From Thecamonas trahens ATCC 50062 (Eukaryota; Protista; Apusomonadida), in contig NW_013657677.1 in assembly GCF_000142905.1 (NCBI RefSeq), positions 523,167 to 587,166 on the forward strand: a DNA stretch of 64,000 nt, read 5' to 3'. The stretch's first letter is position 1. Each line of letters starts with the position of its first letter. Positions 23,274-34,439 of the stretch are shown piece after piece. The position numbers and the translations under genes were made by a program. The notes under the pieces are model-generated. The model had not been told where the DNA came from. It did no database searches and worked only from the letters and a program-made list of their open reading frames with translations.

Positions 23274-25880
23274 ATGCTGCGGGGCGGAAGCGGAGCAACG
23301 TGGCTGACCAGCAGCATCCGCGGGTGGGCACGGTGGTACCAGGCGGCTGCGGTTGAGGCCAAGTGGCGCACACGCTGGGCTGCGGCGGCGGCCAAGGACG
23401 GCGCGAGGATGGACACGCTGGGCGCCGCCCGGTTTGAGAGCGGCGGCGGGGCTGACATGGCGGCTGCGGCCGGGCCTAACGACGGTGCCAGGAAGGGCTC
23501 GGGCGAGAAGGCGTATGTGCTGTCGATGTTTCCTTATCCGTCGGGCGAGCTGCACATGGGCCATGTCCGTGTCTACACCATGTCGGATGTGCTGGCGAGA
23601 TACGCGGCGGCGCGCGGGCGCAAGCTGCTGCATCCGATGGGATGGGACGCGTTTGGCCTACCGGCGGAGAACGCGGCTCTACAGCGCGGTGCGCATCCGG
23701 GTGAGTGGACAAAGCGCAACATTGCGTCGATGCGCGAGCAGATGGATGCGCTCGGGCTCGGATTCCAGTGGGAGACGTCGGACGTGTCGACGGCAAGCCC
23801 GGCGTACTTTGCCCACACACAGCGGCTGTTTTGGAGATGCACAAGGCCGGCCTGGCGTACATGGATGAGGCGCCGGTCAACTGGGATCCGGTCGACGGGA
23901 CAGTTCTTGCCAACGAGCAGGTAGACGCCGAGGGCCGGTCGTGGCGGTCGGGCGCGCTGGTGGAGAAGCGGCATCTGCGGCAGTGGTTTGTGGCCATCAC
24001 AAAGTACGCACAGCCTCTGCTTGACGGCCTTGATGCCCTCGAGTGGCCAGCGCAAGTCAAGCACATGCAAGCCAACTGGATCGGCCGCTCCGAGGGATAC
24101 CTCATTCCGTTTGGCGACGGGCTTGAGGCCTTTACCACCCGACCAGAGACGCTGCCTGCGGTCGAGTTTGTCGCTGTTGCCCCAGGCTCACCGCTTGCCG
24201 ACTGCGAGGCGCGGCACCCACTGACGGGACAGCGCCTCCCGGTCTACGAGGCCGAGTACGTACTTGATGGCTACGGGACCGGAGCAGTGATGGGCGTGCC
24301 ACTGGCGGACGAGCGCGACGCGGCGTTTGCAGCGTCGCTGCCGTCCGGCGGCTCGGCCCTTGCTGCTCGCGGCGTGTCGCTGGACGACATTGCGCTCGAT
24401 CCGTGTCCGAACGCTCTAGCTGCTGAGCTGCGTAAGCTCGGCGCACGGCCGCACGTCCAGTTTCGACTTCGCGACTGGCTAGTCTCACGTCAGCGGCGGT
24501 GGGTACGCCGATTCCGATGATTCACTGTTCAGACTGCGCCGAGGCGGTACCGGTGCCCGACAGCGAGCTTCCTGTTGTGTTTCCTGACGGCATCAAGTAC
24601 GGCGTGGCGTCCGCGTCGGCGTCACTCGATGACGGGGCCAGCAGCGAAGGCCCAGATCCAGTGCTCTCGGCGTGGGCACACGAGGTTTCGTGTCCGCAGT
24701 GTGGATCTCAGTCTGCCGTCCGCGAGACAGACACCATGGATACGTTTGTGGACTCGTCGTGGTACTTTCTCCGCTACGCCTCGCCGTCGTCGCCTAGCTT
24801 CCCGGCTGAGAAGAAGGCCCTTGACGCGCTGCTTCCGGTGGACGTCTACATCGGCGGCATCGAGCACGCTATCCTTCACTTGCTCTACGCCCGGTTTGTG
24901 ACCCACTTCCTGGCTGACCGCGGCCTCGTCTCGGTCCGCGAGCCGTTTTCCAAGCTCCTCGCCCAGGGCATGGTCCACGCGCCCACGTACCAGGTGCAGG
25001 GATCAGGCAAGTACCTTGCACCTCATGAAGTTGCTGTGGCCGACGACGGGCAGGCGTGTTGTCGAGCAACTGGCGAGCCGTTGGTGGTGACCCACGAGAA
25101 GATGTCCAAGAGCAAGTACAATGGCGTCGATCCGGTGCCGTTGGTGGAGGAGCATGGGCGGACGTGCTGCGGCTGTTCATGCTCTTCAAGGCACCGCCGG
25201 ACAAGGTGCTTGACTGGGACGATGCCGGGATCCAGGGACAGGCACGCTGGATGCGTCGGCTGGCGCTGCTGCCGTCGACAGTCACGGCACTGCCAGAGAA
25301 CGCTGCCGTCGAGGGTGCGGCGGCTGTGGCCGCAGCGGGCGTAGTCGACGCCACCAATGAGGCGCTCGAGGCGGTGACGCGCGCGTTTGAGAAGAGCAAC
25401 GCGTTCAACACCGCTGTGGCGGCGCTGATGAAGCTTTCGACGGTTGTGGGAAAGACCGCAGCCGATGGAGCTGCGCCTAAGGCGACCCTGCTGGCGGCCA
25501 TGGAGCGGCTAGCGGTGATGCTGGCGCCGATGGCGCCGCACCTCGCAGAAGAGCTTTGGGAGGGCCTTGGACACCGCGAGTCCGTTCTCACCGCGCCGTG
25601 GCCCGAGCCGCTGCCTGTGGTGCAGCTTGCGGCGGGGCCTGGCGACGAGTGCATCGAGGTGGTGGTCCAGGTCAACGGCAAGAAGCGCGGCTCGGTGAGC
25701 ATTGCCGCCGATGATGCGGTACGCGGGAGCGAGGACAAGGTCCTCGCCACCATCCGCGAAGCCGCAGCCGACAACGTCGGCCTTGATCGAGCCCTCGCCG
25801 ACAAGGACGTCGTCCGCGTTGTCATTGTCCCGTCACGTAGCCCGAACGGCCACACCCTTGTCAATGTAGTCGTGCGATGA
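23274..25880 (+). CDS. LARS2: Mitochondrial (bacterial-type) leucyl-tRNA synthetase; three 1-nt frameshifts near 23830, 24502 and 25157
   Basis: [13 protein letters not shown] (HIGH), [57 protein letters not shown] and VQVNGKKRG, with an N-terminal presequence-like region. Confidence 0.93.
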
Positions 25881-25917
25881 GGCACAAAGCCGGCTGGATG
25901 CCATCAACTCGATTAGT

Positions 25918-27712
25918 TTGAGAAGAGGATTGGCGGGCGATGTGAGCAACAGCTCCTGGCTCCGGCCGACATGGGTCAACGGCAAACGTTGTTCGTGGGT
26001 GAAGTGGCGCGGATGTTCCATGAACCACCACGGCACACTCCTGCTAGCTGCCAATTCTATTCTGTCCCGCAACAAACGCTGTCGATACCACAGTCGGCGC
26101 TACACTCGCGACTTGCGGTCTCGCCCTACACCCCACGTCACAAGCGAGCCCAACTTGGGCAAGGTGCACGCAATGCCAGTCCAAGTATGGGGCTGGTCGA
26201 CACAGGGAGGCGGCCGGGTGGCGACGTATGATTTAATACGGCATGCGGCTGACGACGAGTCGGGCAGGCCGCTCGTCACCCTGCCAGCGATGATGCGGCT
26301 GACCTCGTGGCCAAAGACACGGCGCGGAGAGATCTTGCGGCGGACTAGAGGTGAGGGCATGTCGGTCAAGGAGGCGCGGGCGCTGAGGGCACGGATGAAG
26401 CAAGATGAAAGTCGGCTAGTGGCCCGGCGGCTGTCGCGAGTGAGCGGCGCCTCCAGCACCGCGACATCATTGGGGAGCGGCATGACGATGTCGATGCAAA
26501 CCAAGGCACGAGTCCGCGGACTCATCGAGTCTGAGGCCGTGTCGGCGACGAGCAAGTTGGCGTCGATCGACGAGCTGTATGCGCAGCTGTGGAAGAAGCT
26601 CAAGAGGCTGCACATGATGCAGCAGGCAGAGCGGCTGGTCCACTGCCCGACATCCGACGAGGCTATCTCACCGATCTCGGAAAAGGCATGGATCGGATGG
26701 ATGTGTTAGACGTGGCATCCATCCCGCATCGCAGCAGAACAAACCGACTGGCTCGCAAACGTCGCTTGCGCCGGCTGACTGAGCAGCCACGTGGACCGCC
26801 GAGCGCGATCGAGTCGTTTGGCAGGTACATCGGCTCAGCGTCGTCGTCGGCACCGGGCAGCTGCTCGAGCTCGTCAGAAGGAGGCAGCGACTCGGACTCG
26901 GGCTCTGAGACAAGCTCCGAGACGGGCCCTGCCTCGGATTCGGACTCGGAGTGCAGTTCGAGTTTTGGCAGTGCAACGTCATCGTCATCGTCGACACCGC
27001 CGTCAATTGATGCTGAGGCCGAGGCCATTATGCTGGCGCGGAGATGGCAGCAGGCAAGGCACAACTCGGACTACAATGCACGACTTTTCAGCGGCGCAAG
27101 CCAGGCACCAGTGACATCGATCTCTACACCTCGCTGCCAGGGCACGGAATCGCGCTGTACGGCGTTGACCGTTCGGACATGTTCGGCTCGAGCAAGCAGC
27201 GGTCGCGGGCGGACATTGTAGACGAGCTGAACAAGGCGCTTGCTGCAGACTCGAGCAAGGCAAAGAACGAGGCCAAAACCGATATCCAGGCTGAGGCTGA
27301 AGAGGATGTCGACGTGGGCTCTACTCACAACGCCATTCCCACTCGAATGACGGCTACCGTGGACATTGGCGGTAGCAGAGCCGAATGGGACAACGACGAT
27401 GAGTTGGATTCACTGCCCGCGCTCCGGCACAAGCCATCATCTCACCGTGTGCGGTGGAACATGGCGGCGACGCAAGAGATAGTATTTAGCTCATACGCCA
27501 CGCTCACCACGCTCACCATAACGGAGGAGGAGCCGATGAGTGGGGAAGAGAGGTCGGCAACGCAGTCCCAGTCGTTGTCGCAGTCGCTCACGCCTGAACA
27601 TTCTTCTGAGCGGTTGGAGGCCATCGCAGAGTTGAAGGCCTGGGGCTCGACGCTCAGCTCGACGTTTTCCAAGATCGGCTCGCTCTTGAGCGAGCCAATG
27701 TCGTCACCCTGA
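25918..27712 (+). CDS. Hypothetical low-complexity, Ser-rich protein spread over successive frameshifted ORFs (25918-26709, 26589-27221, 27044-27712)
   Basis: Overlapping ORFs with protein-like composition. A T4 run at 27085-27088 joins the last two. Start uncertain and no recognisable domain. Confidence 0.4.
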
Positions 27713-27732
27713 AAGTGACGACATTGGTTGAG

Positions 27733-28389
27733 TTAGCGACTCCACCTTCCGGCAACGTCGTAGAGAGCGTCGTCGATCGAATCTGCCAGAGCGCCCAGGC
27801 TCGCGTGAGGGGCCTTGGACGCCGTCAAGGCCGAGACAACGTCGACGGCGTCGGCATAGCCGAGCTCGCGGAGGAGGGTGGCCGGTGGGACGTCGTCGCG
27901 ACCTTTCTTGGCCACAAAGCGCGAGTAGCCAAAGGCGTGAACCTTGCCCGAGTTGGGAGCCTCAAAGCGATGCTCCAGGTACATCCACTTGCCGTCGAAC
28001 GAGTGCAGCCGCGTGATGTGGGTGTATGCGGCGAGCGGCTTGAGCTCGCGCTTGAACCGCAGCGAGACGCCGCCATTGGCAAGATAGAAGCCATCCGCTC
28101 GCGACTTGGCCCACATGCCGGTGCCGACGGCAAAGGCGTAGCGACCCATGTCGGCCACGAGGTTGTAAGAAGCATTGTTCATGTGCAGATTAATATCGCA
28201 CTCGGACGGCCACACGCGCAGCGGCAGGCGCACACCCTCCAGCACATCGGGAATGCGGCCGTTGCGAAACTGCCACGCCACCGTGAGGAGGAGTCGGATG
28301 TGGAAGGCAAGTGGGAGGCCAGTCACATTGATAGCCGCAATGAGTACAAGTGCCCAGCCGAGCCACGTGGATGGGAGGTAGTCGAGCAT
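27733..28389 (-). CDS. THEM6-like / 4HBT hotdog-fold thioesterase
   Basis: RVWPSECDINLHMNNASYNLVADMGR, LRFKRELKPL and DGKWMYLEHRF, plus a hydrophobic N-terminus. Confidence 0.85.
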   Translation of the reverse strand: MLDYLPSTWLGWALVLIAAINVTGLPLAFHIRLLLTVAWQFRNGRIPDVLEGVRLPLRVWPSECDINLHMNNASYNLVADMGRYAFAVGTGMWAKSRADGFYLANGGVSLRFKRELKPLAAYTHITRLHSFDGKWMYLEHRFEAPNSGKVHAFGYSRFVAKKGRDDVPPATLLRELGYADAVDVVSALTASKAPHASLGALADSIDDALYDVAGRWSR

Positions 28390-28996
28390 GGCAGTGAGTT
28401 GGGTGGCACTGCCACAAGCCGTGTCAGCGAGAGAGAGAGAGAGAGGAGGAGTGGCGACACTCTCAGTTGCCAGCCCGATCCGCCTGCTCGCTCCGGTGGC
28501 TCGACGGGTTGAGAGACCTCGTCGCATTGGCAAGGCAAGCCGCATGTACACTTGCGCCCATCGATAGCTCGCGTACACGTGATGTCGAGGTAAGGAACGG
28601 ACGCCCGGAGGGCCGCTCGGAGGGCCGCCCGGCATCGTCGTCGTGCATCGTCGTCGAAGGATCGGTGCCGACTGTCTCGACGCCATCGTAGCTCTTGGCG
28701 AAGCCCGAGCCGCCTGCTCGCTCTACGTGCTCACGCCGTATGCCGACTGGAAGACGTTCGATGCGATGGAGATTGCTGCCGGCAGCGTGAACGGGCGGAG
28801 CCGAGCCAAGCTCGTCAGCTGGGTCGATGTCTTTGGTGCGCTGGTGATCGTCCTTTGCGGCGGGCAGGCAGTCTTCCATGTCGTGGCCCTTGCAGGTGCT
28901 GCACCAGTCCGCCTGCCACGCGCATACCCCCTCACCCGCCCACACCCCACCCACGTACCTGCATCCCCTGCTACACTGTCACCTCCGCCTCGTGTC

Positions 28997-29887
28997 ATGT
29001 CCGACTACGAGTACGAGTACGCGACTGAGAGCGAGTCCGGCTCGGTCGAGGCTGCCACCGAGGAGGACGTGCTGGCGGTCATGGTTGAGACCATCGATGC
29101 TTTGGAGGATCTGGTCACGGCCCGTAGGGATGCAGACGGGACAACATCGACGTTTTTCGCACGCGCTAACGAAGTCCGAGATGCACTTGTCGCCGTCCAG
29201 GACATGCTCGAGGCGTGGATCGATCCAGACGTCGACGACGAGGAGCTCGAGCGGGTCAGGCGCCGCCTGGCCGACATTGTCGACGCCGGCCGGACAGTGA
29301 TGGTATCGTCCAAGGCGACTCTGGCGACGGCGCCCAAGCTCTCGGCCTTTGTGGCCCGTGACGACGCCATTGCAGCCATGCTCGACGCCTTTGATGCCCT
29401 CCTCCCGAGCTACCCGTCCAAGGACCGCATCCACTTTCTGGGCAAGCATCTGTTGGCCTCGGCCGCCGATCGCCGCTCCGCCGCGCGCAACGTCATTGTC
29501 GACGATACTGCGGAGCGGAGCGGGGGAAGTGGGCCGAGCCAAGCAGGTCGCGGAGCCGGCAGCGGGGTTGGAAAGAGCGGCCAGGCAGCAAAGACCGCCG
29601 CCGCGGTGGCTGCCGCGGTGGAGACGCTGCTCGACGGGGCGCGCGCGCGTGAGTCTGCACGTGAGGCCGCCCAAGCCCACCGCACAGCACTACTTGACGT
29701 CGGCGACATTGCCGCGATCGAGGCGTACGTCGAAAAGCGGTCGCGCGGGTTTGCCGTGGCTGCGGCGGCCCGCCGCGACGGGCTCGACGCCGACCTCGCC
29801 GACCTGCTCGACGGACTGCAGCGGACGTTTGCCGGGCGGCGCCGCGAGCGGCGGGCCAAGCACGGCCTCCCACTCGATGACGACTGA
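28997..29887 (+). CDS. Hypothetical alpha-helical protein starting MSDYEYEY
   Basis: 297-codon ORF with host-like codon usage after a C-rich leader; no family recognised. Confidence 0.6.
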   Translation: MSDYEYEYATESESGSVEAATEEDVLAVMVETIDALEDLVTARRDADGTTSTFFARANEVRDALVAVQDMLEAWIDPDVDDEELERVRRRLADIVDAGRTVMVSSKATLATAPKLSAFVARDDAIAAMLDAFDALLPSYPSKDRIHFLGKHLLASAADRRSAARNVIVDDTAERSGGSGPSQAGRGAGSGVGKSGQAAKTAAAVAAAVETLLDGARARESAREAAQAHRTALLDVGDIAAIEAYVEKRSRGFAVAAAARRDGLDADLADLLDGLQRTFAGRRRERRAKHGLPLDDD

Positions 29888-29903
29888 AGCTTCCTGCTGA
29901 ACT

Positions 29904-30325
29904 TTACATGCCGTTGTCCGACTTGTACTTTTCCCACGCGTTGTTGAGGATAAAGGCGATTTCGGTCGAGAGCGCAACCTGCATTGCGGGTGCGTCCGCG
30001 GGCAGCTTATCAGGATACAGCTTGCGACAGGCGTTAAAGTACGCCTTGCGCACACCGGCGCCATTCATCAGCTGTGTGAACGAGACTTCCTTCCAGCCCG
30101 AGTCGGGCCACGTGATCTCATGCAGCGTCGAAAGGAGCGCCACCGCGTTGCCGCGCTTCTTCTCGGTCGCCCATCCGGCAATGACCGGCGCCACCGCAAG
30201 CTTGGCTGCCTCGAGCTCCTCGGCCGCCGCGTCTTCGGCCTCGAGACGGTTGAGGTGCTGCTCGCGCGCCACGCGGACTTGCTCCGCAACCTCGGCCTCA
30301 CGAGCTGCCTTGAGCTCGGTCCGGT

Positions 30326-30360
<35 letters not shown>

Positions 30361-31560
30361 TCAGGCGCAGGTGCGGGTGATGCTGCGGCTGACGTCTTGG
30401 ACTTGCGTCCTGCATGCAGGCGCATCCGCGACGTTACGCAACTGGGGAGCTGTTGTGTCACGGAGCGGGACCGAGACAAGCGGGGGCGTGGCGACCGCTG
30501 CCGACGACGGCGGCGGGCCGCCGGCAGGTCGGTCGCTGCGAAGCATGGACGAGAGCTTGGAGCCGATCTTGGAGGCGCGCTGGCGAGCGGCGGCAAGAAG
30601 CGAGCCGCCGGTACCAGGTGCGCTGCCCTCGGCCGCCGCCCGGGCTTGCGCTGCCTCTTGGGCGTTGGCGAGGACAAGCGGGACCATTTCGCGGAGGTTG
30701 GCAGCGACTTCGGTCGATGACTCCATGGCCGAGAGGAGGAGGTCAAGCACGTTCTGCGGCTCAATCGAGTAGAGCTCAACAAGCTGGTCGCGGATAGTTC
30801 GCATCTCGCCAGGCGTGACTTGGACATCACCTGAACGCGGCATGCTGGTCGGCTGCTTGGCCGGCTGCTGGGTTTTGGCCGCACCGCGCTGCCGCGGCGG
30901 AATCGACGGCTCACGGGCTTGTGCTGCCGGCTCCGGCGCAGGTGCAGGCTCAGACGCAGGCTCCGGCGTCGCCGCCACCGACCGCGGAGACGTGCCCGAG
31001 ATCGATGAGAGCATATCAAACGGATCGGCGACCGCGGGAGCCGGCGAGGAGTCTGATGCTCGCGAGAGAGTGACAATGGGCGCAAAGGCCGAGGTCGGCG
31101 AGAGCGGCGGGGCCGGCTGGGACTGCGACTCTGCACCACGTGCCGATGTCGGAGCCGACGATGCCACCGAGCTTCCTCCCGAGCTGGCAGTCGACGAAGG
31201 CGCAGGTGACGCCCGGGACGAACCTGCAGTCGACGGCGGAGCCGAGACCGAGGCACCCGGGCCGGTCTGGGCACCTGCCGAGGCCCAGCCGAGAGAGGCA
31301 AAGGCATCGTCGAGATTACCCAGACCGCCCGCCGCCCGACTATGTCCGTGCTGAGGAGGGTGGGCAGAGCTGGCTGTCGTCTTTGCCGTCGTTGTTGTTG
31401 TGGTCGTCGAAGGCTTCGGAGTGCTCCCACGCGAGGCCATGGCCGCCAGCGGGGTGTTGGCACGCTCAGCAGCAGCAGCTGCAGCAGCCACGCCCACGCT
31501 TCCACGTGGTGTCCCCTGAGACGACGCCTGCATCAGTGCCGCAAACGGGTCGTCCGACAT
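29904..31560 (-). CDS. Auxilin/Swa2-like protein: DPF motifs, CUE-like domain and C-terminal J domain (frameshift near 30410)
   Basis: DDPF and DPFD motifs; IRDQLVELY..VLDLLL..EVAANLREM (CUE-like); LLSTLHEITWPDSGWKEVSFTQLM..VRKAYFNACRKLYPDKLP..AFILNNAWEKY (auxilin J domain). Confidence 0.8.
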
Positions 31561-31710
31561 GTTGGTGGGTGGGTGAGTGGAGTGAGGTGGCGTGGCGTAG
31601 TGTAGGGGTTGGCCTCGGCCGACGTGACCGGTCGGTGACACGGGGTTTCCGGGCGTGGCTTTCGGGGGAGGGGGGGGGGGGGGGCGAAGGGAAGATCGGA
31701 TGGCGGGGAT

Positions 31711-32937
31711 TCAGTCCATGTACTCGAGGCCAAAGAGGCGACGGAGCTGCTCGTAGAGCGGAAAGAGGACGAGGTTGAGCGGAGCAAGGCGGACAAAGAA
31801 CGCGGTCCAGCCGCGGTAAAAGACCATCGGGCCTTCATCACGGATCATGCATGAGGCGCAGTGGATGAGGCCGCGGTACGACTTGCCCATTTGCGGCGCG
31901 GTCTGGTATCGGGTCATGAGGATGTCAGCCGGAGCCGAGAGGGTGGTCATAAAGAAGGCGGCCACAATAGAGGCAACAACGTGCAGGACCGGGCCGTCAC
32001 CGAGGAGGCCTGCAGCCTTGGCGCGGGTCTTGGTCAGATCGTAGGCCGTGAGCTGACCGGTGGTGATGAGCGCTCCGCGAATAAGTAGGGCGCCGGCACC
32101 CCGATACAGTGCGGTTGGACCTTCGTCGCGCGCGATGGTGTAAAGGGCATGGAAGAGGCCGCGGTAGCGTGGCGGCGAGCCGGCCCTCGCCCCGGTCGTT
32201 AGCACGCCGTCGACCACCTTGCCGGCCTCGGCCTGCAGCCGGACCTTGACCTGGTACGTCGGGGTGGAGACCCAGTAGCCCAGGCCGCCAGCAGCAAACG
32301 AGGCCAGCGCCATGGCAGCCGGCGACTTGCTGGCAGCGTGTGCCTCGCTATCGGCCTCGCCGGCCGAGAACTGCATGTCAAGCCAGTCGCGGAGGAGCGG
32401 ATAGAAGCCCATGCGGAGGCCGGAGGAGCACGCGATCGACGCCGAGTTGGCCAGCATGCCCGGCTTCCACAATCCGCGCCACAGTCCTTCGGTACGGATC
32501 ACCTGTCGCGCAAAGGCTACAATGTTGCTCGGCTTGCCGCCCTCGCCCATCCGGCCCATCGCCGCCCGCACCGCCTCGCCGCCCTTGGTCGAGCTCGAGC
32601 TCGTCGACGCCTGGCCCGGCGGCGAGACCTGCCACCGGATGCGCAGCGTGTCCAGCGGGTTGAACATTGCCACTGCAAGCCCCGCACTGTTGCTCGTCGG
32701 TACAGCCACCAGCCCCATGGAGCAACGTGACATCCCGCCGTCACACTGCCTGTAAGTCTGCTGAGCACTGGCCCTCGCTCCCCGACAAGGATCCCTCCCC
32801 GACACCCCGCTCTCACTACCCAACCACCAACTGCCACGCCTCGGCCACGCTGTGCCTGACGAGACCTACCTGCCGAGCGATGCAGGGATGTTCTTGGCCA
32901 GTTCGCTCTTTGACTGATCCACCTTGCTCTGCCGCAT
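31711..32937 (-). CDS. Mitochondrial carrier (SLC25; oxaloacetate/dicarboxylate/UCP-like); exons 32937-32870 and 32686-31711
   Basis: Three carrier signatures (PLDTLRIR, PTYQVKVR, PADILMTR), GQLTAYDLTK and FYRGWTAFFVRLAP. GTAGGT..CAG intron. Confidence 0.9.
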
Positions 32938-33407
32938 GATCGTCAGGTGTGGCGTGAGAGTGAGGTGCCCCCGCCACGCAAGGCCAGCCATCGCCCACAG
33001 CTGCACTTTGATCACGGTCATGCGCAGCATTCACAAGAGCAGGGGGAGGGGGAGAGGACTGACGGTCAAGCCGGTGTCATGAGCGTCAACGAGTCTCGCG
33101 ATCGCGAGACTTGCACAAGAAAGAGACCCTGAAGCTGTGTCCGGGCAAGGCCGCGGCTTACAGCGGCGACTGTCGGCCGAGCGGCTGCCAGCCGCTGCCG
33201 GCCGGCCACCCATCAGATCAGTGTCTCCATCGGTCGGCAAAGCCATTGTGACCGGTCGGTCACGATGGGCCACAATGGGTGCTTTGCGGTGGTAGACATG
33301 GCGCAAAAAGAGGAGATGTTTGCAGGCAAGAAAGCCCTGGCACGCGTGTGGTTCCCTCCAAACTCCCGCAACAAGGGTGGCTCCGGCTTGGACCACAGGA
33401 CAGCGAG

Positions 33408-34280
33408 ATGGCAGCAGCTAGATACGACCACTTGACAAAAGCAGCAATGATGATTGGACAGTGTGTAGGCGTGCTGGTGCTGGTGTGTATGCTCGGTATG
33501 GCTCTGTCTGCTGTGGTCGACCCCGTGTACACCGGCCACTCTTCGTGCAATATCAAGGTCATTAACAATGGCCCGTCCGGCTGCACCATGCCGGCCCACA
33601 TCGGAGAGGACATCTACGAGATGGCCAAGACTCATCAGCTGGTCATCGAGGGGAGGGTCTCGGAGGTCTCGCTGGTCAACACAACCGGCAACGTTGCTGG
33701 TCTGTCTCTCTCCACCACCCTGTGGCAGCCGATCGGCAAGGGATCGGCTATCGGCGTGTGGAATGAGGACACCCCGCTGGCCAACATCTCGTCGACTGCA
33801 GTCTACTCTGGCGCGTATGCGCTCCAGCTTGATACGCCGATCGATGACGGCAAGCGCTTGACGTGGTCTGTCAACGGCGGGCTCTCGTCCTCGGACAAGA
33901 GCGCCGTCTGGTCAACCCATCTCAGCCTCCGCCTCGAGATTGTTGTCGGCTTCTCAAGCGTGTGCAACGGGTCCGACTGCCACAACTGCGTCTCCGACCC
34001 GTCGATCTGCCGCTTCTGCCCGGCATCCGAGTCGCGCTCGCGTGGCTGCTGGCCAACCTCGTTCTCGCACACTTGCTTCGACTCGATTGCCCAGTGCGAC
34101 GCGCCACCGCCGCCCGCGCCGTCGCCATCGCCGAGCGGCTTGTCGACCAGCAAGATGGCCATTGCTGTTGCCGGTGGTGTCGGCGGCCTCGCTGTCATTG
34201 CCGCTATCTTCTTCTTTGTCTGGCGTGCCCGTGCGTCGAAGACGGGCTCAGCCGAGGGCTCGGCTCTGCTCAAGCCGTAG
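33408..34280 (+). CDS. Small type I membrane protein with a Cys-rich (PSI-like) domain and Pro stalk
   Basis: Signal peptide, CHNCVSDPSICRFC, PPPPAPSPSP, TM, and a C-terminal EGSALL dileucine motif. Confidence 0.7.
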   Translation: MAAARYDHLTKAAMMIGQCVGVLVLVCMLGMALSAVVDPVYTGHSSCNIKVINNGPSGCTMPAHIGEDIYEMAKTHQLVIEGRVSEVSLVNTTGNVAGLSLSTTLWQPIGKGSAIGVWNEDTPLANISSTAVYSGAYALQLDTPIDDGKRLTWSVNGGLSSSDKSAVWSTHLSLRLEIVVGFSSVCNGSDCHNCVSDPSICRFCPASESRSRGCWPTSFSHTCFDSIAQCDAPPPPAPSPSPSGLSTSKMAIAVAGGVGGLAVIAAIFFFVWRARASKTGSAEGSALLKP

Positions 34281-34439
34281 CTGCGTCGGTAAACCACGAC
34301 CTTTTCTGCCCGCCCAGACCTCTCGCCCACCCCCACCTTGCAACGGGAAAGTGAGGAGGAAGATAGAGATAGAAAGCGGAAGTTAGGAAGACGCACCCAC
34401 ACACCCTGCCGCCGCACCCACCCTTCACGCAGCTACGGC

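Noticed and set aside
23274-25880. LeuRS, Nup210 and EB1 as pseudogenes
   Set aside because: All motifs are intact, there are no in-frame nonsense substitutions, and every break sits in a homopolymer run; sequencing error is more parsimonious.
23274-28389. Bacterial contamination or HGT island (bacterial-type LeuRS, thioesterase)
   Set aside because: LeuRS has a presequence-like N-terminus and fits the mitochondrial enzyme, and THEM6-like thioesterases are widespread in eukaryotes.
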